This document shows positions 1 to 12,980 of a DNA stretch of 64,000 bases, in pieces (the stretch's first letter is position 1; every line of letters begins with the position of its first letter). This stretch comes from the human T2T-CHM13v2.0 reference genome, Homo sapiens. The stretch lies in the NCBI RefSeq assembly GCF_009914755.1, contig NC_060936.1. One strand, written 5' to 3'. The position numbers and the translations under genes were made by a program. A model generated the notes under the pieces. The model was not told the origin of the DNA and did no database searches. It saw nothing but the letters and a program-made list of their open reading frames with translations.

Positions 1-625
1 CTCAGGGTGTGGGTTCAAGGTCCCTTTACTCATCATGCAGTGATAATGTCACACAACTGGAAAAACACATTAGAGTGAGCATGTATCCATCTCTACACTG
101 AGTCAGTGCCAGAACTGAACATTTGCATTCAGCTTTAAAGCAAAAGAAGGTAAAGTAGAAGGGAAAGCGGGGAGAAGCCCAGCATAGCTGTCTGGACCTT
201 GGTCTCCTGTGGTGCAGAATACAGCACTTTTAGGGTGCATGTAGGCACTGCCTTGCTGTGAGAGCCAGGAAGGACTTATTGGAAAAGGAAGGTTAAACCC
301 CAGGAAGCAAGGAAAGGCATGCACATCTGATTTCCTTTGATTTGGTATGATGCTAAATAAAACGCAGCAAGAGCCAGTGTTCTCAGGATGACACTGACGC
401 AGAGGGGGAAGGAGTGATCCGTTGTTTATGAACAAGCATATTTCGGAAAAATCCAATCTTTTTTTTAACACTTTGTAGTCAAGACACTGAAATGTTTAGT
501 TCTTTATGTATTCATCCTTTATTTAACAAATAAAAACTACCATATGCTGGCCTAGGTACAAGATGTAAAAGGTGACAAAGACATGTCTCCTCAAGGAGCT
601 TCACCCTATTACACAAGAGAGACAC

Positions 626-1228
626 TGTGATGGTTTGAATGTTTTTGTCCCCCAAATTCATGTGTTGAAATCTGAATGCCCAGGGTATTAGTACACATTG
701 AGTATCCCTTATCCAAAATGCTTGAGACCAGAGTGTTCTAGATTTGAGACTTTTTTTTAAATTTTGAGATATTTGCATTATGCTTGCCATTTGAGCATCC
801 CAAATTCAAAAATTCAAAACCCAAAATTCTCCAGTGAGCACTTCCTTCCTTTGAGCATCATGCTGACTTTCAAAAAGTTTTGGGTTTTGACGCATTTTGG
901 ATTTTGGATTTTTAGATTAGGGATGCTCAATTTGTATTAACAGATGGAAGTTTTGGGGAGGTGATTAGGTCATGAGGATGGAACCCTCATGAATGAAATA
1001 CATGCCCTTATAAAAGAAACCTTAGAAAACTGCCTTGCCCTTTCACTGTGTGATATCACAGCAAGAAGGCACCATCTATAAACCTGAAAGCCCTTACTAG
1101 GCACAGAAACTGTAAGCACATTGGTCTTGGATTTCCCAGCCTCTAGAACTGTGAAAAGTAAACTTCTGTTGTTTAGAAGCCACCCAGTTTATGACATTTT
1201 GTTATAGAAGCCTGAATGGACTAAGACA
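626..1228 (+). mobile_element. MaLR solo LTR (MLT1A/MST-like), interrupted by a Tigger4 MITE
   Basis: Starts tgtgatggtttgaatgtttttgtcccccaaattcatgtgttgaaatc and ends gaatggactaagaca (TG...CA); typical MaLR body. Confidence 0.85.
694..934. mobile_element. Tigger4a/MER46-type MITE
   Basis: TIRs cacattgagtatccct / agggatgctcaatttg, with flanking TA at 692-693 and 935-936. Confidence 0.85.
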
Positions 1229-1284
1229 GATAGCCATAAACAAGTAATTGGATAGTATGGCAATGTCTCCTATATAACTCTAAA

Positions 1285-1811
1285 ATCCTAGTTTCCTAGG
1301 GCTGCTGTAACAAATTACAAAAAATTTGCGTCTTAAAACAAAATACACTTATTCCCTCACAATTCTGAAGCTTAGAAGCCTGAAATCAAGGTGCCAGCAG
1401 AGATGTGCTTTTTCCAAAGCCTCTAGGAGAAAAATCTTCCGCTTTTCCAGCTTTTGGTGGCTCTAGGTGTTTCTTGGCTTGTGGCAGCATCACTCCAATC
1501 TCTGCCTCCCTCTTTACATGGCCTTCTCCTCTTCCTGTCTGTTTCTCTTCTGTGAGTCTCTTATAAGAACACTTTGTCATTGGATTATCTGGTGGGCACC
1601 AGATAATCCAGAATGATCTCATGTCAAGATCTATAACTTGTAAATAAGTTATAACTTGTAAATAAGTTATAGATCTTGACATGAGATCATACTGCAAAGA
1701 CTCTTTGTCTGAATAAAATCATGTTGACAGGTACTACATCCTAGTACCTGTCAACATGATGACAGTATATGTTGACAGTATATGTTAGAGGCCTCCATTC
1801 AATCCAATACA
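1285..1811 (-). mobile_element. MLT1 (MLT1C-like) solo LTR
   Basis: tagtttcctagggctgctgtaacaaattac...gaaatcaaggtg...ctttttggtggct-like body...ccattcaatccaataca. Confidence 0.8.
1581..1785. repeat. Cluster of three perfect inverted repeats and two tandem duplications
   Basis: Arms 1581-1594/1597-1610 (14 bp), 1613-1639/1664-1690 (27 bp) and 1718-1736/1742-1760 (19 bp) are exact reverse complements. Confidence 0.97.
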
Positions 1812-1859
1812 GGTAAAATGGATGAATAGTAAAATAGTAAAGTTGCAATCAGAGAGCCT

Positions 1860-2125
1860 ACTTGGAGGGGTGAAATTTTGAGTTTCATTTGAAATGATAT
1901 GTAGAAAATAGAGGCGTTTTAGAGGCAACATTGGGACAGTGGGTCTTCATTCTAGGCAGAAGGGTAGCATGAGCTAAAGCATAAAGACAATAATTGAATA
2001 TAAAACAACATCAACATCTCAGTGTGCCTGGAGAGCAGTGTGAGCAGAGAGGAGTGTGAAAGAAGAAGCTGAAAACCAAGGAGGTGGCCAACCTGCAGGG
2101 GGCTTAAGTGCCATGCCACAGAGTA
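1860..2125 (-). mobile_element. L2 fragment
   Basis: cattctaggcagaagggtagcatgagctaaagc...cagtgtgcctggag...gggcttaagtgccatg resembles the L2 3' region in antisense. Confidence 0.55.
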
Positions 2126-3762
2126 GCCTTCGATCCTGCTTGTCAACAGTTCTTAGCTAGTTTGCCATGGCGTTTTGGTGAACTAACAGTGTATAGGTCA
2201 AAATATAGACCTTGTAGGTCAAGTGCAAAACTTGTACTTGTCAACGTTGAGGGTGTTAAGGGCATACGTTCCATAAAAGGTTGAACTACATGGAGGGTGT
2301 GACATGATGCAGAGTGAAGTCAAACAATCTTTCTAAGAGGGGTAACATAATGTTGTGCCATGATGTCATGTTGGCCACCAGCATGATGGTATGTTTACCA
2401 AGACCTATGAGTATTAGGAGGATATGGTGAGGGCAGTGAATACTTCTACTTGGAGAGCAACATGGTGCTGAGAAGAAAACCTGTGGGGTTTTTGTAGATA
2501 CTGTAAGACATTGTGTAGTTGAGTAGTGAGTATTTTGTTGTTATTGTTGATTTATTTAATTATGCTTGGAGTTACCTGATCCTGTCAAGCATGCTTCCCA
2601 GACATCTAGTACTCAAAATTAGATCATGTTTAAGTGTCAGAACCAAATTTTATTTTTTATTTTTTCCTTCCTTCCTTCCTCTTTCTTTCTTTCTTTCCTT
2701 ATTTAAAAAAAATTCCTTTGGTTATTTTTATACTTGTGATGGAGAGGGGAAGATAGCAAGCGCAGAGGCAAGGGGATCAGTCAGGAACACTTTGCATTGA
2801 CACTGAAAGTGATATGCACTCAACCAGTATAATAGGAGTTAAGATATAAAAAGGGGGACAGATGTGAGAAATAACTGGTGAAGTAAAATCAGTGTGGTTT
2901 AAGAGTTGATATAAATTAAGTTAAGATAAACAAAAGAAAGGAACTCTAATTCAGGCAAAAACTCAATAAGTGGTTGTCTCCCCAAGCCCATGGGAATGTT
3001 CACCCCTCCTCAATCTATCCCCCCAGGTGTGCTGAATTACTTTTGCCTCTTCAAACTGGGCATGCTCAAATGCACCTCTAGGTCTTGCTACTTATTCTTT
3101 TTCCTACCAGGAATGTTGAGTATTATTATTCTCATATTATAAACAGGAAAATGAGGTTCAGAATGCACCTCAGGACACAGCCCAGATATTTTGCTTCCAA
3201 AATCACTAATTTGTCCAAACATACTATACTATTGGCCTCAGATAAAACGTTCCAGGGATAGGGAGGTTCCAAGATGGCCAAATAGGAACAGCTCCAGTTT
3301 GCAGCTCCCAGCATGAGTGACACAGAAGACAGGTGATTTCTGCATTTCCAACTGAGCTTTGAAGAGAGTAGTGGTTCTCCAAGAACAGAGTTTGAGATCT
3401 GAGAATGGACAGACTGCCTCCTTAAGTGGGTCCCTGACCCCCAAGTAGCCTAACTGGGAGACACCTCCCAGTAGGGGCTGACTGCCAACTTATACAGCCA
3501 GGTGCCCCTCTGAGACGAAGCTTCTAGAGGAAGGATCAGGCAGCAACATCTGCTGTTCTGCAATATTTGCTGTTCTGTAGCCTCTGCTGGTGATACCCAG
3601 GCAAACAGGGTCTGGAGTGGACCTCCAGCAATCTCCAACAGACCTGTAGCTGAGGGTCCTGACTGTTAGATGTAAAACTAACAAACAGAAAGGACATCCA
3701 CACCAAAACCCCATCTGTATATCACCATCACCAAAGACCAAAGGGAGATAAAAACCACAAAG

Positions 3763-4788
3763 ATGGGGAGAAACCAGAGCAGAAAAGTTGAAAATTCTAA
3801 AAATCAGAGAGCCTCTTCTCCTCCAAAGGAACACAGCTCCTCGCCAGAAATGGAACAAAGCTGGATGAAGAATGACTTTGATGAGTTGAGAGAAGAAGGC
3901 TTCAGACAATTGGTAATAACGAACTTCTCTGAGCTAAAGGAGGATGTTTGAACCCATCACAAAGAAGCTAAAAACCTTGAAAAAAGATTAGATGAATGGC
4001 TAACTAGAATAACCAGTGTACAGAAGTCCTTAAATGACCCGATGGAGCTGAAAACCATGGCATGATAACTACGTGACGCATGCACAAGCTTCAGTAGCTG
4101 GTTTGATGGAGTGGAAGAAAGGGTATCAGTGATTGAAGATCAAATGAATGAAATGAAGCGAGAAGAGAAGTTTAGAGAAAAAAGAGTATAAAGAAACGAA
4201 CAAAGCCTCCAAGAAATATGGGACTATGTGAAAAGACCAAATCTATGTCTGATTGGTGTACCTGAACATGATGCGGAGAATGGAACCAAGATGGAAAACA
4301 CTCTACAGGATATTGTCCAGGAGAACCCCCCCAACCTAGCAAGGCAGGCCAATATTCAAATTCAGGAAATACAGAGAATGCCACAAAGATACTCCTTGAG
4401 AAGAGCAACTCCAAGACACATAATTGTCAGATTTACCAAAGTTGAAATGAAGGAAAAAATGTTAAGGGCAGCCAGAGAGAAAGATCAGGTTACCCACAAA
4501 GGGAAGCCCATCAGACTAAGAGCTGATCTCTCCACAGAAACTCTACAAGCCAGAAGAGAGTGGGGGCCAAGATTCAATATTCTTAAAGAAAAGAATTTTC
4601 AACCCAGAATTTCATATCCAGCCAAACTAAGCTTCATAAATGAAGGAGAAATAAAATCCTTTACAGACAAGCAAATGCTGAGAGATTTTGTCAACACTGG
4701 GCCTGCCTTACAAGAGCTCCTGAAGGAAGCACTAAACATGGAAAGGAACAACCGGTACCAGACACTGCAAAAACATGCCAAATTGTAA
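3763..4788 (+). pseudogene. L1 ORF1p, disrupted
   Basis: MGRNQSRK...NFSELKEDV then KRPNL...RATPRHIIVRF...LQKHAKL in the same frame; in-frame stops at 3949, 4063 and 4066. Confidence 0.95.
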
Positions 4789-4851
4789 AGACCATTGATG
4801 CTAGGAAGAAACTGCATCAACTAACGAGCAAAATGACCAGCTAACATCATA

Positions 4852-7692
<2,841 letters not shown>

Positions 7693-7859
7693 TCATTTTT
7701 CTCCTTAGCACTTGTCATCACCTGAAATAATGTATTTTCAACTTGTCTGTTTCCTCCCAGTAGATTATAAATTCCATGGGGTTGAGAGTGGGCAGAGACT
7801 ATTAAATTTTTTTAATTGTATTTACTGCTATATCCCTAAAGACCAGATTGTTTTCTAAA

Positions 7860-8006
7860 TTTTATTTAATTTTTATTTTTTATTTGTTGTAGGGACAAGG
7901 TCTTGCTATGTTGCCCAGGCTTGTCTTGAGCTCTGGCCTGAAGAGATCCTCCTACCTTGGCCTCCCAAAGTGCTGGGATTACGGGTGTGGGCCACTGTGC
8001 TCAGAC
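7860..8006 (-). mobile_element. FLAM_C / free left Alu monomer
   Basis: T-rich tail, then gacaaggtcttgctatgttgcccagg...cccaaagtgctgggattac; single monomer. Confidence 0.85.
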
Positions 8007-8349
8007 TCAGATTATTAAGTACCTATCTGTTGAATGAAAGAAGGAATCTCATTTGTCAACATTTATACACATGGTAAGATCTACCTGGGAAGCTGGGAAA
8101 TGTTGCATACACCAGACTAGAACTTGGAAGGAGTGACGTATAGATATTGTGAGACAATTGACAGTCTCCACTATAGAAAGCACTCACTAATTGAGCTCAT
8201 GTAAACCTTATACACATGTTTACTCTCGCTAAGATAAAACTATAAAGACAGCATAAAACTATAAAGACAGCATGCACCGTGTCTTCCGAAAAACACAATG
8301 GATAATATGTGACTTAGGAGTTTTAGTTACAGAAAGCTGGGCAGGGAAA

Positions 8350-8500
8350 AAATTATAAATATACAATATATATTTATATATTTCGTATATAATATGTACA
8401 ATATATTTACATATAATTTATATGTAAATATATAATTTATATACACAAAGTATCGATTATAACATATATAATTTATATCTATACTATATATAGATATAAA
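8350..8500. repeat. AT-rich low-complexity / degenerate (TA)n
   Basis: Direct inspection. Confidence 0.85.
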
Positions 8501-8576
8501 ATGACATTGTGCTATGCATATCAGCAAACTAATGCTCAAGAAAGTGACACTTGCTCTAGGGCACAAAACCCATTAA

Positions 8577-8706
8577 CCCTTTTATGCCTGAGGTTGCAAT
8601 TTTTTGAATTTTTGCAATCAAACCTTGGTGATGACCTCGAGCTGTAGGATATAAATAACTCTCACATGCTTAGCGTTCCAATAATGGAACACTAGGCATA
8701 AATGAG
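8577..8706 (+). mobile_element. MER85 (piggyBac PGBD3-derived MITE)
   Basis: TTAA at 8573-8576, TIR ccct-tttatgcct ... aggcataaatgag, body matches recalled MER85 including the internal palindrome gttccaataatggaac (8675-8690). Confidence 0.9.
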
Positions 8707-9718
8707 TTTTCCATTATCAGAACACTACGCATGTGGGAGTTATTTAAGTGTCAAAATGAAGGCCAAAACTTTTGGTTTTGTGTTCTACCAGGTATGCCAT
8801 GAAACATTTTCTCATACTGTTGTGTTGTTGATTTTCCATAGACGTCATGTGTGGGGAGGGAAAATAAGTATACGCATGGTCAGAACATCCATGTCGTTCA
8901 CACAGGGTTATAGAGTAAGAAGTAGAGACAGCTCAGAAGTAATGAGAGGCTAGGGCATTCTGTGCTTGTAAACTGAGGTGTTTTTGGCCAAAGGACTTCT
9001 AAAATACTCCATTAACAACTGTTGGAGTCCTACTAGTTCTAGACAGACATCTTCGTGCTAATCCAATAACTTATGTGCTATATTATTTGCTTATCAGTAA
9101 GCAAATTGCATATGTGCATATACATGTAACCCATTTTATTGGATTCAAAGATAAATTTTCAGGTGAAATTGTGTTAGCAGATTGCCCTCTACATTGCTCA
9201 AAATAGATTAAAGTATTTTTTTAAAAGGAATTAACTTTCCATTTTCTCCAACTTCCCTCATAGGGGAGTGTTACAGGACGAGTGTTACAGGACGTTGATA
9301 ATTTTGTTGGTGATGTATGAGACTAAGCCAAACTCAGTTTTCTCCTCTTCAGATGTTGAGTTAAAAGAAGTGCTGTCATGCAGGAATAATACTTTTTTGG
9401 CAAGCTATTTGACATGTGGGACGATGATCATTTTAGAGAGCAAGATGGCTTCCTGCAACAGCCCATTCTCTCTACCCCACTTTACCATCCCCTGCATACA
9501 AACACACAAGATCATCAACTTGCTTAAGGTCCTGAAGCCAATTAATAAGTAAGAACAGGGTCCAAAACTGCTCATGTCTTCATGCTGTGGTTTTACAGTA
9601 AGAAGGGAGGAAGTTCTTTCCAACACAGTCATCTGATCCCATCTCCTCAGAGAAGCAGGACTTGTGTGGTACTGCCCTAACGTAGCACTGTGTTTTCCCT
9701 GCCAGAGCCCTGACCCTG

Positions 9719-10120
9719 TGTATTAGTTCGCTCTCACATTGCTATAAAGAGAAACCTGAGACTGGATAATTTATTTAAAAAAATAAAGAGGTTTAATTGG
9801 CTTATCGTTTTGCATGAAGCATAGAAGCTTCTGCTTCTGGGGAGGTCCCAGGAAGCTCCCAATCATGGCAGAAGGCAAAGGATGAGCGAGGTGTTTCACA
9901 TGGTGGAAGCAGGTGCAAGACAGAAGGAGAGGGGAGATACTACACATTTTTAAACAACCAGATATCGTGAGAACTCACTCATGATCTGAGGACTACACCA
10001 AAAGGATGGTGCTAAACCAGCCATGAGAAATCCACCCCCATGATCCAATCACCTCCCACCAGGTCACACCTCTAACATTAGGGATTACAATTCAACAAGA
10101 GATTTGGTGGAATCACATCA
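9719..10120 (-). mobile_element. MSTA/MSTB solo LTR
   Basis: tgtattagttcgctctcacattgctataaag...aatcacatca; perfect 5-bp TSD ccctg (9714-9718, 10121-10125). Confidence 0.92.
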
Positions 10121-10479
10121 CCCTGTTACCTGTAATTCCTCTTTTATTAGTCCTCACCTACCTACTATGTGCCCTGTGATGGCAGAAATGGTTTCTGTCT
10201 TTTCACACAGACATCTCCAAAACCTCTATAGAGTCTAGTGCATAATAGATACTCAATAACTATTATCAAATTGAATCAATTCAGCTTACATAGCTTAAAG
10301 GGAATTTATGAGGGTTGAAATGTAGAGGCATAGAAAGGGTCAAAATTAAAGAAGAAATAAATTAGCATAGAGAAAACTCATTGAATAAAAACCCAGTAAA
10401 ATGTATATATCATCCCACTGCAATTTTGGTCTTCATAATCAGGTGACCTCAGGTTATAAACTATTTTTTTAACTTTTTA

Positions 10480-10722
10480 TTTTTATTTATTTATTTATTT
10501 TGAGATGGAGTCTCGCTCCATTGCCCAGGCTGGAGTACAGTTGCGTGATCTCGGCTGGGACTACAGGCGCCTGCCACCATTCCCAGCTAATTTTTGTGTT
10601 TTTAGTAGAGATGGGGTTTCATCTTGTTGGTCAGGCTGGTCTTGAATTCCTGACTTTAGGTGATCTACCAGCCTCAGCCTCCCAAAGTGCTGGGATTACA
10701 GATGTAAGCCACCACGCTTCGA
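10480..10722 (-). mobile_element. AluS with ~60-bp internal deletion
   Basis: 18-bp TSD tatttttttaacttttta (10462-10479, 10723-10740); junction gatctcggct|gggactacagg. Confidence 0.93.
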
Positions 10723-11010
10723 TATTTTTTTAACTTTTTAAGACACAGATTAACACTTAAACTACAAGAGGGAGTGTGAACAACTTAAGTTATTGTTGTT
10801 AAAGTGGCACTGGCTTGGGTCAGTGTCATTTCAAGCTTCACAGGAAATAGAAGTGAAAGTTGGTTGTCATAGAAATTAAGAAATGATTCATATTCTTAAA
10901 GAAGCTTAATTGGAATTTGGACTTGATTTGCAACTTGATATATTTTTAGTTGATGTTGAGGCCAAACTCAAAATAAAATCCTCTATCAATTAAGTTTGTG
11001 GAAGAGTTTT

Positions 11011-11315
11011 CTTTTTTCTTTCTTTCTTTTTTTTTTTTGAGACAGTGTCTCGCTCTATCACCCAGGCTGAATGCAGTGGCGCAATCATAGCTCACTGCAG
11101 CCTTAATCTCCAGGCTCAAGAGATAACTATTCTCAGTCTCTCCAGTAACTGGGACCACAGGTGTGTACCACCATACCTAGCCAATTTTTTTTCTTTTTAA
11201 TTTTTGTAGAGACAAGGTCTTACTATGTTGCCCAGGCTGGTCTTGAAGCACAGGGGATCCTCCACCTCAGCCTCCTAAAGTGTTGAGATCATAGGAGTAA
11301 GCCACTGCTCCTGAC
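11011..11315 (-). mobile_element. AluJ
   Basis: Dimeric Alu with J-type features (aatcatagctcactgcagcc, caaggtcttactatgttgccc). Confidence 0.92.
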
Positions 11316-11442
11316 TGAAAGAGATTTTAATTAGATTTCATCAAAAATTTATTGTGATGAACTAGTGGTAACCTATTTAATATATTTGCTCCAGATTTGC
11401 TTCCCCTTCCTCAATTCTACTCTAACTTTTCCTAACCACTCA

Positions 11443-11465
11443 AACACACACACACACACACACGC
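11443..11465. repeat. (CA)n microsatellite
   Basis: Direct inspection. Confidence 0.9.
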
Positions 11466-11687
11466 ACTCATTATTGGAGATCTGTAATGTCTTGCCTTAC
11501 ATCTTCTAGGGCACTAGAGATCCATTTCAAAAGGTGGTGTTTGAAAAATGCTGTTAGGTCCTTCAAGTGTGTGAGTTTCCACTCCAGCTATCAGAGTTAT
11601 CATCCTGAAATTCTAAGTGGTAAGCAAAATGATAGCTGTATACCTAAACATTTATATTTCCACACATACATAAATTATGATGATATG

Positions 11688-12103
11688 CAGTTGACCTTTG
11701 AACAACACAGGTTCAGACTGCATGGGTTCGCTTATGTGTGAATTTTCTTCTGCCTCTGCCACTCCTGAGACAGCAAGACCAACCCTTCCTCTTTCTCCTC
11801 CTCAGCCTACTCAATGTAAAGACAATGACAATGAAGACCTTTATGGTGATCTGCTTCCACTTAATGAATAGAAAACATATTTTCTTTATGATTTTCTTCT
11901 CTAGCTCCTTTATTATAAGAATACAGTACATAATATACAAAACATACAGAATATGTGTTAATCAGCTTTATGTTATTGGTAAGGCTTCCAGTCAACAGTA
12001 AACTATTAGAAGTGAAGTTTGCAGGGAGTCAAGAGTCACACATGGATTTCTGACCACACAGGGATTGGCACTCCTAATCCTCACATTGTTCAAGGGTCAA
12101 CTT
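11688..12103 (+). mobile_element. Tigger2a (MER28) DNA transposon
   Basis: TIRs cagttgacctttgaacaa / ttgttcaagggtcaact; body ccactcctgagacagcaagaccaacc. Confidence 0.9.
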
Positions 12104-12161
12104 TATATTTCTATAAATATAGTACTAAGAGGAAATGTCAGGAGATCTTACGTAAACTTAC

Positions 12162-12589
12162 TGATGCAGGAATTTCTGCTCCTCAGCTCAGCTAAAATCC
12201 AGGTTCTTGTGTCACTACCAGGAAATTTAGGCATGCAGGCACATTGAGAGGTGAGGAGAGCAGAATTTATTAAAAGAAAGCTCTCGGCAAATTAGAGGGG
12301 GTCTTGCCAACAGGATCCCACCTCGCAGATTGAATACCAGGCCACCGCACATGAGCTCCACACATAAGCTCAAGAGGCCTGGCTCCTCCCACTGCATAAG
12401 GCATGAATTCCTGGTGGCCCCACCCCCCATTCTTCCAGTGCGCATGCGGGCCCATAGTCTGAGCAACTCCACCTTGACTTATTTTCTTTACTGCACATGT
12501 GTTAAGGGATGGAATTTTTCACTGCAGGCATGTTTAGGCAAGCTCCCTGTGTGACCTGGGTGGCATTCGGCTGCCTCCTGTCTCTGTCA
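12162..12589 (-). mobile_element. ERV1-class solo LTR (subfamily uncertain)
   Basis: TG...CA ends, near-match 4-bp flanks ttac/ttat, minus-strand AATAAA near 12266, GC-rich U3-like part. Confidence 0.75.
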
Positions 12590-12794
12590 TTATTATATAA
12601 ATATCTTACAAATATTTACCCTTTGAATACTTTCACCTTCTTTAAAAGGAAACTATAAAGGCAGCACACTTTATAAAGAGACTATTTAGACATTTTATAC
12701 ATGTTAGATGGGTCATTACAGGTATTTTGCATTTCGTTTACATCTACAGTTGCTTCTTCGCTAAATACTTTTTAAGTGTAATAATGGCTAATAT

Positions 12795-12980
12795 CTATTA
12801 AGCTCTTACTATGCTCAGAGCAACACATTAAGTGTTTATATACATTACTGCATTTAATCCTTTCATCGACCCTATGAATAGATACTATTATCATCTTCAT
12901 TTTACCCATAAAGAAATTCAACATAAAGAGGTTAAATAACTTGCTAAGTAAATGGCAAAGTCTTACCTCAAACTCCAAAG
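12795..12980 (-). mobile_element. MIR
   Basis: catttaatcct...ccctatga..tagatactattatcatcttcattttac...gaggttaaataacttgc core. Confidence 0.8.

Noticed and set aside
1386-1697. ORF with repeat ITYLQVITYLQVI
   Set aside because: A by-product of the 18-bp tandem duplication inside an LTR, not a coding repeat
1581-1785. CRISPR-like or terminator array
   Set aside because: The three hairpins differ in sequence, there is no repeat-spacer periodicity, and the context is eukaryotic
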